Assembly: GCA_051294375.1 (NCBI GenBank)
Contig: CM119266.1
Coordinates: 21,469,769 to 21,520,855 of the forward strand
DNA from: Paraspadella gotoi
Lineage: Eukaryota > Animalia > Chaetognatha
Reading direction: 5' to 3'
DNA: 51,087 nucleotides
Part shown: one piece after another, positions 13,415 to 24,278 of the stretch
How positions within the stretch are numbered: position 1 is the stretch's first letter
Layout: each line of letters opens with the position of its first letter
Made by a program: the position numbers and the translations under genes
Notes under the pieces: model-generated
Database searches by the model: none
What the model was told of the DNA's origin: nothing
Seen by the model: only the letters and a program-made list of their open reading frames with translations

Positions 13415-13919
13415 AGAACACGAACAACGCATTTCGAAGTGAAATTCACAAACGACCATTCACAATATCCGTGGCTTTCCATTCCAAGAGGCAGGGCGAA
13501 ATCGATCATCGGGAAAGCCATGGGATCAGTGGATATTATCACTTCTATTCTAATCGTTGTAGAGATAATTTCAGACGATTGGATGCATGTTTAGGATAAT
13601 AGATGAAGGATACATGAAGCTAAAATGATTGACGAATGAAAGGATCGTTGATGGACAGATGTATTAAAGACGGATAATCATAAGTCGTCTCTCCGTCTGT
13701 ACTATCTGTAACGATATACAAATTAACATTCAATTCCTTCGTATTAATCCTCTTATCCATTTAACATCTGAACAAAAAAAAAATAAACAATTAATGAACA
13801 TTATTACTCCATGACCCCCCACGACTTCTCCACCTTCCCTCCGACACTCCCTCCTACTCCGCATTGCATCCTTCACACGCGCATAACTAAGCATAACCGG
13901 GTCTCGAGTAAAGCATCAG
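8292..13919 (+). repeat. Tandem duplication A, copy 2 (indel-rich)
   Basis: First ~280 bp identical to 2623-2905, then dense 1-bp indels relative to copy 1. The 25-N gap of copy 1 (3219-3243) is closed with zero length here. Confidence 0.95.
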
Positions 13920-14696
13920 CCAGACCATACAGACATTTCCCGACCTTCCCAGCGTCCTCTCTCCGACTTCCATCAATATTCCCACGACCTTACCTACCCA
14001 CCCCTAATACCCCCCCAACTCTCCGCCGTCGACTCCATTCGAAACGAGTTCCCTCGCCAATGACGAATATCAGCGACAAATGGATGTTGTTCTTGCGAGA
14101 ATTAGAAATCGGGGGGGGGATACATGGNNNNNNNNNNNNNNNNNNNNNNNNNGCGAGTGGAATCGGAGAGCCGGGGAGGTGAAAACCAGAGAGTGCATCA
14201 GTTGAAAATTCTATTATTCTAACAGAAATAATCTACTATAACTAGTTATTAATTATTTATATGGATAAAATATTAAAAAAAAAGAAATCTATGGAGTGAA
14301 CTTGATTAACTCCGTGAGTCTGGTTGAGAAAATTAACATTAAACTTTATGGTTCAAGGAGATTTATGGCACGAGTTCCACGAGGCAAGAAAAAAAAAAGT
14401 AGGTGCGTATTTTATGTTGCGAGATGCCCCCTTGTAAATGCTCTACTAGATGAGGATATCACGACATTTAAAACGAAATTTAATTTGGATTAACGAGAAT
14501 TGTCATTGAAATCGATTTCCGCCCCCAACGGCCGGGGCGAATGGAGGCCAACGACATTGAACGATTTAGTGAAGGGTGAGTGGCTAGGGGCGGAGGGGTG
14601 CGAGAAAGTGAGTGAGACCTGTGAAGTGAGCGGTGGGTAAAGTGAAGGACGTCGGCTGCGGTCCGCGTCTCGGAGGCAAACGATGAATTATGGGCG

Positions 14697-14800
14697 GTTA
14701 CGGCGGCGGCAGCGGTGAAGGCGGCGGCGGCGGTAAAGGCGGCAGCGGCAGCAGCTGCGGCGACGGCGGCAGCGGCGGCGACGGCGACGGCGGCAGCGGC
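14697..14800. repeat. Degenerate (GCG/GCA/ACG)n trinucleotide tract
   Basis: Gives poly-Ala in both directions; similar tracts at 46540-46660 and 46925-46975. Confidence 0.85.
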
Positions 14801-15111
14801 GATGGATGAGATCGCTGAAGCGGAAATTCGTTGTTGTCGAATTGATGGAGAAAACAAGGAAAAGTGTTTTTCGTTTGATACACGACAGACTGCGTCCATT
14901 TTTTTTCTTGCTTTTTTTTTTTCAGAAGGTGATTTGTTTCATTTTCGTTGTCGGCGACGAAACGAAAACGAACCTGACGGATTTACCGATATCCGATCCG
15001 CCCGAGCGAGATCGGATATATGAAAAGATTAGGTTTAACGAGATCGGATTTAAGAGGATTGGAAGAGAGAGAAGTCGGGAATGAGAAGATCTCTAAGAAG
15101 ATTTTTATGGA

Positions 15112-15146
15112 TTTAGATTAGATTAGATTAGATTAGATAGATAGAT
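15112..15146. repeat. (TTAGA)n grading into (TAGA)n microsatellite
   Basis: TTAGATTAGATTAGATTAGATTAGATAGATAGAT. Confidence 0.85.
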
Positions 15147-16082
15147 CTATTTTATGTGTTACATGTGATAAAATTTCTTGATGCTACTTGCTAATCAAAC
15201 AACGTCGTTTTTCAGAAGCTGCATCGATTTTTTTTGGACTGGTGTTCTCTAATCGCTCGAGTTATTCTATGACTTATAACTTTTTCACTCTCCCTCTCTT
15301 TCTTTCTCTCTCTCTCTATTTCCTCCTTAATTATCTTCTCTTTGATTCGCTTTTATTTTCTCTCTTTACATCTTTGTTTCCTTCTCTGTTTGCGCACGCA
15401 CCAACCCCCGCCTCGTTCTCACCCCCCCCCTTACCCGATTTCATGATTCGCGTAAAAAACAGTCGCCCGCCGCTGCGGTCTCGCTTGCCGGTCGTGTCGG
15501 GACTCTGCTGGGTCGCTGCCGTCGGACCGCAAAACCGCCGCTGTCCGCTTGCCGGCCTCGCCCCAACCTCTTTGTTTGTCCTCGCCCGCTTCTCCCCTAG
15601 CACCTTTATACCCNNNNNNNNNNNNNNNNNNNNNNNNNNNNNNNNNNNNNNNAAAAAAAAAAAAGAATCGGAGAAAAAGAAAAGAAGCCTTTGGGTCTAA
15701 TTGATTTGATTGGGGAAAATTCAAAGAGTCCAACCAGGACTCTTTTTTTTTTTCCAAATCGATCCTGGGACTTGGAAATGAAAACAGAGAGGGGAGGGAG
15801 TTCCCAAGCTTTTTGCATACAGTTCCCGCCNNNNNNNNNNNNNNNNNNNNNNNNNNNNNNNNNNNNNNNNNNNNNNNNNNNNNNNNNNNNNNNNNNNNNN
15901 NNNNNNNNNNNNNNNNNNGGAAAGAAGAGGAAATGAAGGAGAGGGAGGAATGAGAAAAGGAAAGGAAGGATTGAGGAAAGGAAAGACTAAATTTAAAAAA
16001 AAAAAGGAAAGTAAAAAAAAGGGAAAGGAGCAAAATTGGACAAGGACAAAAAAGCGAATATGCTACGTTCTCTCTCTCTCCC

Positions 16083-16113
<31 letters not shown>

Positions 16114-16595
16114 AACTCCCACTCTCCCTCTCTCCCTCTTTCTTTCTCTTTCTGGCGTCGAGCGACGGACTAATTAGCGCCACCGTCGGAGATTTCTTAA
16201 AACTCACTCTTTATTCCGCCATAAAAATTAAAATGCAAAGATTTCTCGGAAGAAAAAAAAAAGGATCTGTGTGTATGTCGAAGAAAATTAGTTCTTAACC
16301 TGAGACGATGATTTTTTGTTGTGAATTTAATTCGTGACATTGTGATTTAACGAAAAGGAATTTTGATCTTATAGTGCTTATTTATGATGTATACTAATAA
16401 GCTATTGAGAAGATACCAAAAGAAAACTGGGGAAAAACGGAAACGCAAAAGGCAAAGATGGCGACTGGCAACTGGCAACTGGTGAGGCCGAAGATGCTAA
16501 ACTATTAATAACGGAAAAAGGCGTCGAGACTGAGAATTTTTCCGGAGGGAAAAGGAGTCTTGTAAATTCTTAACTGATCTCGGGGTTTTTTTTGC

Positions 16596-16646
<51 letters not shown>

Positions 16647-16668
16647 GTAAAGGCGCTATTTCCTTTGG

Positions 16669-17051
16669 CCGTAAGACGCTGAAGGGTCTCGTTCACGCTT
16701 TCCCCGCGTCGTATATTCCAGAAAGATCTCCTTGTGGATTCACTTTTTCCTCACCCTCCAGTGACCGTCTCACTCTCCCTACATCTCCCTCCCATCTCCT
16801 CACCCGGCCGGTCCCCGGGTCCCCTTAAGAGCCCACCGACGCCCATCATCCGCCCACTCAAACGCCACAGAGACGCGAGAGACGCGGAGTGATCAAAATG
16901 GCGGGAAATCGGTTAGGATCGCGGGGGAAAAAGTGAATAGGAATATTTCCTGTTATACATATATCATATTATATATTGAAGAAGTATAACTGTGAACCTT
17001 GCAAATTTACTTCTTTCTTTTAGGTGCTATGAGATAATGCAGATCAGGCAG
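16669..17051 (+). repeat. Inverted duplicate, left arm
   Basis: Its reverse complement matches 17299-17684 along the whole length with scattered indels; ends at the 25-N gap 17052-17076. Confidence 0.93.
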
Positions 17052-17076
17052 NNNNNNNNNNNNNNNNNNNNNNNNN

Positions 17077-17253
17077 GATGGCGGCGCTAGCAAGTCACTT
17101 AGATTTTTCCCTGTCTAACGAAATGACAACTGAAGGCGAATATATGCATTTTTAAGTAATAAGTGGGACCGACCGCCGACCGATCGACTGACCGAGAGAA
17201 CGACCGAAAAGTGACTCTATAAATAGAGTTTCTCCGCGAGTACTAAAAAAAAA
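17077..17253 (-). mobile_element. HINE/DINE-1-like element, microsatellite-bearing half
   Basis: Colinear with 22212-22397: GGCGGCGCT..TTAGATTTT..ATATGCATTTTTAA..TAAGTGGGA..(GACC)n..GACCGAAAAGTGACT..TAGAGT..CGCGAGTACT, followed by an A run. Confidence 0.7.
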
Positions 17254-17298
17254 TGTAAATCTAGAGATCCGAGAAACTAGTTTAAGTGTGAACTGAAT

Positions 17299-17684
17299 CT
17301 GCCTGATGCTGCATTACTCATAGCACCCTTAAAAGAAAGAAGTAAATTTGCAAGTTTCACAGTAATACTTCTTCATATATAATATGATATATGTATAAAC
17401 AGGAAATATTCCTATTCAACTTTTTCCCCGCGAATCCTAACCGATTTCCCACCATTTTTGATCACTCCGCGTCTCTCGGCGTCTCTGTGGCGTTTGAGTG
17501 GGCGGATGATGGGCGTCGGTGGCTCTAAGGGGACCAGGACCGGCCGGGTGAGGAGAATGGGAGGGAGATGTAGGGGAGAGTGAGACGGTCACTGGAGGGT
17601 GAGGAAAAAAAGGCAATCCACAAGGAGACTTTCTGAATATACGACGCGAGGAAAGCGTGAAAACGAGACCCTCAGCGCTTACGG
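17299..17684 (-). repeat. Inverted duplicate, right arm
   Basis: Reverse complement of 16669-17051. Confidence 0.93.
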
Positions 17685-17803
17685 TAGGAAATCCAAAAAC
17701 TATAAAGAATAAAAGACAATATTCCGATGCCATGCGTGTCAAAAAAACATGGGCTAAGAAAGTCGCTGCAGCGCAAACACATTTAAATTACCGTTCTTGT
17801 TTT
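17685..17803 (+). mobile_element. HINE/DINE-1-like element, other half (opposite orientation)
   Basis: Reverse complement reads AAAACAAGAACGGTAATTTAAATGTGTTTGCGCTGCAGCGACTTT...TTGTCTTTTATTCTTTATA..GGATTTCCTA, matching 22028-22211 except for a ~55-70 bp internal segment present only in the 22 kb copy. Confidence 0.72.
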
Positions 17804-19867
17804 AAATGACATTTAATTTCAACATGGAAACAGAGTACAACGCAAAAAAAATAACGGATCTCTAGATAGTAATTTACGANNNNNNNNNNNNNNNNNNNNN
17901 NNNNNNNNNNNNNNNNNNNNNNNNNNNNNNNNNNNNNNNNNNNNNNNNNNNNNNNNNNNNNNNNNNNNNNNNNNNNNNNNNNNNNNNNNNNNNNNNNNNN
18001 NNNNNNNNNNNNNNNNNNNNNNNNNNNNNNNNNNNNNNNNNNNNNNNNNNNNNNNNNNNNNNNNNNNNNNNNNNNNNNNNNNNNNNNNNNNNNNNNNNNN
18101 NNNNNNNNNNNNNNNNNNNNNNNNNNNNNNNNNNNNNNNNNNNNNNNNNNNNNNNNNNNNNNNNNNNNNNNNNNNNNNNNNNNNNNNNNNNNNNNNGCCT
18201 CGTCCCACAACGCCTCGCATTTATTTTCATTCATCCCCGGAATATCCAATTCGGATCCAGTTTTCTTCTCTTTTCCCGCCAAAGAAAAAATGTTTTACGT
18301 CAAAAAATGGAGAGAGATGGAGAGGGAGAGAGAGGAGATATGAGAGAGAGAGAGAGAGAGAGAGAGAATAGAGAGAAAAATTCAAGTGGCAAAATTTGAG
18401 TGAAAAAGTTTTTTAAAAAAAATCTTTATTCGATTTTTCGTTTTTGGTGAATAAAAAAAGATAGAAAAAAATATATCTTTGAGTTGATGTCGAAATCAAG
18501 GACTGATTTCCCTCATCCGTCGTCTGTAGTATTTCTGATATTTACATCAGCTCAAGTTTTAGTTGAATGTCACTTTTTTTATTACGAATATGTAATTTGC
18601 ATTCATTGTTAACGTTACATTCATTTTTTACGATTAACAGAAAAAAAAGATTCAATTGTAATTCAATCTAAGAATATGAAATTTGTACAACCAATACAAA
18701 AATTATCCATTCATTTAATAAATAAGCTTTCTTGTTTTTAATATTCATAAATAAGAGCCGCGAACAGAGCAAAGAAAAAGAAAGAAAGAAATTAGCATTG
18801 TGAAGCCTTTATGAAAAGCATTCAAGGTCAATAACACAGATTTTCCTCTTGACTCTGTTTTTCTCCGTTAGTCTCTTCTTCAGTCATTTCCAGTTTATTT
18901 CTTTTCTCGTCTTTTTTTTCTTTCTTTTTTTTTCGCTTTTTTAGACCAAAATATGTTCATTGTTCAATGTTTTTTTCTATATTATCTTTCTTTTTTACAA
19001 CGTGTTTGGGCATATTTTTAAAGTTTGTCTCTTTCCTTTTTTAAGTTAGTTTATAATTTTCATCTTTTCCGAGCCAATTTTTTCAACTCTAGTTTTAAGT
19101 TTGGTTCATTTTTGACCCGCAACGATCTCGCGTCTTTTCCTCCCATTTTCGCTCCGATGATCTCTCTCTTATCTCGCGCGCCATTTCCGGCGGAATGATC
19201 TCTCTAATCCCGCGCCGTTTTCGACAGCCGCGCCCTCTCTCCCGACGTCTCCCCCTCATTTCTCGGCGCCATTCCGGGCGCCATTCCAGCGCCACTCGGA
19301 CGCCAATTCATCTTCGATCTTGAGATGCCATCAACTTCGCCTAATTTCCAGAGAGTGATGCGCTCAGACATGGTCATTATCCCAAGGGGGCTTTTTTCTT
19401 TTTAAGGGAACTTGAGGGGGTTTGGGGGAGATAAAGGGAGGGAGCTGGTGAGGGGGCCGATCCCTCGCACTTTCATTTCGAACGACAAACACTTAGTGAG
19501 ATAATTCTTCGCTTCATTCCCCCCCACGCCCTCCTCTTCGGCTCCACCTTTAAATTCTCCCTTGCTTCTCTCTCCTCCTCCTCCTCCTCCTCCCTCCTCC
19601 TCCTCCTAGCCGGTCTCGACATTAATTACCAGCCTCATAATTGGCCGCGGGCGACGCATCCATCTTCCGCCATTTTCCCCACCCCGACCTCTGACGTTGT
19701 ACGCGCGGCAAATTATATTCCATTTTTCCGCCGTCGCCTTCTTTTTCCCTTTTTTTTCTCTTTTGTTTTTGTTTTTTGTTTTTTTAATAGCCTCTTTTTT
19801 TTAATCATGGCCTTTTTTTTCTTTTTCTTTTTCTCACAAGCTCAACCACTTTTTTCGTCTCCTTTGC

Positions 19868-20131
19868 GGGCTCTCTTTACCCAGAGCGCCTCGTTTCTGT
19901 TTCTTTATCCCATAATTTTATTTTATTATAAATATTTAATCTAAGCATGTTATTAAATTTACAAAAAAATCCCTAACCCAAATCCCTCATCCTAGATACA
20001 AACTTAATCCCTAACCTTAACTACTAAACTAATCCCTAACCTAATCCGTTTACTAATGAAATTAACTTAATTCCCAATAAATAATATATATATATAATGA
20101 TAAAATGGGCCATTCTGGGAAAATAAAGCCC
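19868..20131. mobile_element. Putative MITE with ~29 bp imperfect TIRs and a CCCTAA-like core
   Basis: Left end GGGCTCTCTTTACCCAGAGCGCCTCGTTT; reverse complement of right end GGGCTTTATTTTCCCAGAATGGCCCATTT; internal degenerate CCCTAA/CCTAA repeats; an independent relative lies at 26532. No clear target-site duplication. Confidence 0.6.
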
Positions 20132-20370
20132 TTTTTCGTTTTTTTTTTCCTCGCAACTGTTCAGTGTTCAGACTTTGTTCCGCTTAGTTTACTTTTTTTT
20201 CTCTTTTCACTTCCTTCACGTTGCTTTTTTTTTCTCAGCTTTTATTTTTCTTTTTCCTCAGATGTGGGAAACAGAGAAATGAAAAAAAAAGAAAGAACTA
20301 GTGAATATATGTAGGAAAGAGGAAGTTGAGAAAGGGAAAAGAAGGAAAGGATACAAAGGGTAAGGAAGGG

Positions 20371-20434
20371 TGAGTCAAAGGGAGGACTCCTCAGGCGGAG
20401 AGTCGGTTCCAGTTCGACCTTTGACCTTTGACCT
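20371..20434. promoter_or_regulatory. AP-1 site plus tandem nuclear-receptor DR1 half-sites
   Basis: TGAGTCA at 20371-20377 and CGACCT-T-TGACCT-T-TGACCT at 20415-20434. Confidence 0.3.
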
Positions 20435-20474
20435 TTTCGCGCGAACCTCGACTCCCAGAGTGAAATCCAGTCGC

Positions 20475-20585
<111 letters not shown>

Positions 20586-21094
20586 TTCCCAATGCGTAAT
20601 TACCCTCTTCAACTCTTCAAAACTGTCCTCCCTCACCTCGAGATACCATGGGGTTTCAACTCACCCACCTCCTCGCGTCTGCCTCTCTTCTCGAGGGCCT
20701 TCGTACCCACCAGAGCACTTCCTGACCTCCGGCCCCCTTGGGGCCTCTAAGGCTCCGCAGCCTTCCCGCCGTTTCGCGTTTTCCAGATCTTTGACACTTC
20801 GAACTCGACGGTGGGAGGAACAGCCGGTTTTAGGACCAGGCTAAGGGTTAAAAGAGCAGTCGAGTTGAGATTTTCAAAGCTGCTTCGTCATTGGTAATTT
20901 CAAGTAAAAGAATAGAAATGAAGTTATCCGTGTAGAAAAGTAGTCAATTCCCATCCCGATGAGAAATATGCCCCAATACATCTGGGGGGAAAAAGAACGA
21001 AAGTTTTAAGAAAACTGCTTTTTTTTAGCGTTGATCATTTGAACTCCATTTTATAAAAAATTCTCCTTTTTAGATTTAAATTTTTTTAGATTTA

Positions 21095-21196
21095 TAAACA
21101 ACGGGTTTTTATTCCAAAAATAACGGACATTAAGAAGACTCTAAAAATAAGAGTCGCAACATGTCCGTTATTTTTCCAATAATAATCCGTTGTTTA
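21095..21196. repeat. 102 bp foldback palindrome (hairpin MITE-like)
   Basis: Arms TAAACAACGGGTTTTTATTCCAAAAATAACGGACAT and ATGTCCGTTATTTTTCCAATAATAATCCGTTGTTTA pair at 32 of 36 positions, with an inner GACTCT/AGAGTC stem. Confidence 0.8.
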
Positions 21197-21428
21197 AAAA
21201 CAAAAAACAAACAAAAAAAACTTTTTAACTATTTAATCCTATGAATTCTTTTTAAAAAAGGTGTTAAGTTTCCGATATTTTTTTTTATTGCGTAAAGAGT
21301 TCTAATAAGAATTAAAAATTACAAATTCTATCCTCGAACGCATACAGCTCTAGCCTTTGTTTCTCCTTTCCTTTCTCAGGGTAAGGAACTGTCTTCACCC
21401 TTCACGCGGTCTCGTTTCTTTCCTCCGA

Positions 21429-21610
21429 TCACGTGACTCACTCCGCCATTTTTTCCTTTCCCCTCACTTTTCTCTTTCTTCTACTCGTGCGACGCCGGGA
21501 CATTTTCCCCGCGACTCGCGACTCGCGACTCACGAATCGCGCGAGAGAAAAATGTCCGGGAGATTTCCGCGGAATTCCAACGCAGTCGTCACTTCTCCCG
21601 TTTGCGATTC
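21429..21610. promoter_or_regulatory. CpG-rich motif cluster (E-box, AP-1, YY1/Pho-like)
   Basis: TCACGTGAC at 21429-21437 overlapping TGACTCA, CCGCCATTTT at 21443-21452 and GCGACTC x3 from ~21511, within AT-rich flanks. Confidence 0.3.
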
Positions 21611-22027
21611 CATTCCCGAATTCATTTATTATTCCCGAAGTCGTTATCTTTGTTTATTTCAAACGAGTCTCCTGTCATCTATTTACTTGAGTTCTTCACG
21701 TTCTGACAAACACTTCAATACAATTTTATTAATTATTTATTTATTTATTATTTATTATTCTTCACAAATGGTTCTTTATAATCTGTCGTCAGTGAATTTG
21801 AAATCGTTAAGAACCTCAGCCGATGTGCCTCGATAGAGAATTAAAGATCTTGTAATGGTAAATACTTATGTGCATCTACTATGAATAAATTTTAGCAATA
21901 CTCGTTGCGAAAACTTCTTATGTTATGTGCCCGAAAATTCAGCCTCGAGGAAAAGAAGTTGGAAATGAAGCGAATTTGAGAAAAACCATTTCGCGTTCGC
22001 AGTCCACGATTTCAAATTCGAAAAAAA

Positions 22028-22397
22028 AAACAAGAACGGTAATTCCAATGTGTTGCGCCGCAGTGACTTTATTTTCACGTGTATTTCCCTTTGATCACAT
22101 GATATGACGTCACATGACATGACATGACTAAAAAACTTTTTTGCCCGTGTATTTATGACATGCACTGCATCAAAATTTTGTCTTTTATTCTTTATAATTT
22201 TAGGAATACCTGAAGGCGGCGCTGGCAGTTCCTTAGATTTTAGGGTTTTTTCTGTCTTAATAAATGAGCAACTTACTATAAGCAAATTATATGCATTTTT
22301 AATGTAAGTGGGATAGACCAACAGACAGACATACCGACGGACCGACCGAAAAGTGACTTATAGAGTGCTTCGCGAGTACTCGCGGGGCAACTAAAAA
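22028..22397 (-). mobile_element. Non-autonomous Helentron-associated element (HINE/DINE-1-like), apparently complete
   Basis: Minus strand reads T run-AGTTGCCCCGCGAGTACTCGCGAAGCA (hairpin; perfect palindrome CGCGAGTACTCGCG at 22371-22384), then a GTCG/GTCC/GTCT microsatellite, and ends in CTTG plus a T run. No TSD, inserted between Ts, with a diverged second copy at 17 kb. Family assignment is by architecture, not database search. Confidence 0.65.
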
Positions 22398-24278
22398 TGG
22401 GCACGTGAATTCAAGGTTTAAGTTTCAACTTGAAGAAGCGAAAATCGAAAACAAGAAAAAGTGAAGTCGTTTTGGCGGAAAAAAAATGTTTTTTTATGGT
22501 TTGAGTCGAGACTAGAAGTAGATGCAGAAGTTGCTCTAGGAAAACTAAAAACGTTGTTATTTTGAATTTCAGTAGGTATGGGAGCGCTCCTTTTATAAAA
22601 TTGAAACACCACAAAATATTTTTTGAAATATTATACCAGTTCATTGATAGGGAAGCCAGGTGCTTTCGGATTTAATACATAAACTAATCACTGAGACAGA
22701 AGCATTATTATACTATAAATAGGTATTTCCAAAAATATTTTAACTGTTATATCTTGTAATGAGATTAAACAATAAGTTTTTAAACATTTTTCTTTCAAAC
22801 CGCGCGGAGAAAACCGAGCAGTTGCTTTTACTGCATGAAAAAATGCATTATATTAAAGAATTTCAAAAAGATTAATATATCGTCTAAAAGCTAGGAGAGA
22901 GCATTATACAAATATTTATTCAGATTTTAAAAAAAACATTAAGATTTTTATAGTAATGATTTTTTAAAAATTTTGTCTCGATATGGTTCTACCCCTGTAC
23001 ACTGTGTACAGAAACGCATTCATTCAATCGTTTCCTCTTTTAAACTAATCCATAAATTATTCTCTTTTCCCTTAAAGTTAAACAATTCTTTAACAAGCAA
23101 TCACGTCCCAGCCAAGCTTTTAACTCCCCACCCGACCGCGTCTCCTTTTTAATCTCAACCGCGATTATTTATGAATGGAATCATTTGTCGTTTTGCCTTC
23201 GATGTGATTTGTCCTTTTTTTTTTCATCACTTTGTCCTTTCGCTTATTGGCCGCGAGTTGGCAAGTGGCAGGGGGGGGGAGATTTTTCTCGCGGTATCGA
23301 ATACTGCAGTTCGCAGTATCGAAACAATGCCGCGAGTCTCTTTCTCTCTCTCTCTCTACGACTCGCCACGTTTTCAACGTTTTCCTCCATTCCACGACAC
23401 GATTCTCTTTTTGCTGCTCATAAAAATCGCGGGACTCTGATTAGCTTCATTCCATCTTCCGGCTTTCCATTCCCTCTGGNNNNNNNNNNNNNNNNNNNNN
23501 NNNNNNNNNNNNNNNNNNNNNNNNNNNNNNNNNNNNNNNNNNNNNNNNNNNNNNNNNNNNNNNNNNNNNNNNNNNNNNNNNNNNNNNNNNNNNNNNNNNN
23601 NNNNNNNNNNNNNNNNNNNNNNNNNNNNNNNNNNNNNNNNNNNNNNNNNNNNNNNNNNNNNNNNNNNNNNNNNNNNNNNNNNNNNNNNNNNNNNNNNNNN
23701 NNNNAAAAAAAACCAGCGACAATAAAAAAAAGGAAGTTTACGACTTTGAATGAAAGTGAAAATAACCGGAATTAATGAGTATTGTAATCGAGTCATTTAA
23801 CTCAAAGCATCAAAGGGTAGCAATGGTAACTGCCAGATTTGTGGTGGTCATTAAATGTTTGCCCCATAAACTTAGGCAATGAAAAGCACATTACACTACG
23901 GTTCTTGGTCGGTGAGAATGTAAAGTAGGGAATGATTCTGTCGCGCACGGTCTCTCTTTCTCTCTCTCTCTCTCTCTAGTCTTCTCTCTTCATCGTCTCG
24001 TCCTCTTGCGTCTCACCTCCCTTGATTGTCGGTACTTTTTATCTTCGACGCAGGACAGTATCTCTCCTCTCTCTCTTCTCTCTCTCTCTCTCTCTTCTCT
24101 CTCTCTTCTATTCTCTCCTCGGCTCATTCAAACCCCTCCTTCTTCCTTCATAAATTCTTTTCCGACTTAATAACGAATGCCCAACTACCACCTGGCAACT
24201 TACCGTCCATTTGTTTCTTTTTTTCTTTCTCCCACCCTACCAAACCTCCCCCTCCACTCCCCTCTCCCTACTCCGCAG

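Noticed and set aside
16669-17684. Foldback transposon or long hairpin-RNA locus with 385 bp TIRs
   Set aside because: One arm ends at a 25-N gap, and the split HINE shows the arrangement is better explained as two orientations of one segment.
19970-20047. True telomere or chromosome-fusion scar
   Set aside because: The repeats are short, highly degenerate, in a single orientation and enclosed by TIRs.
20647-20724. ACCATGG-initiated short ORF (MGFQLTHLLASASLL...) as the signal-peptide exon
   Set aside because: No good phase-2 donor, and the frame differs between the two assembly copies.
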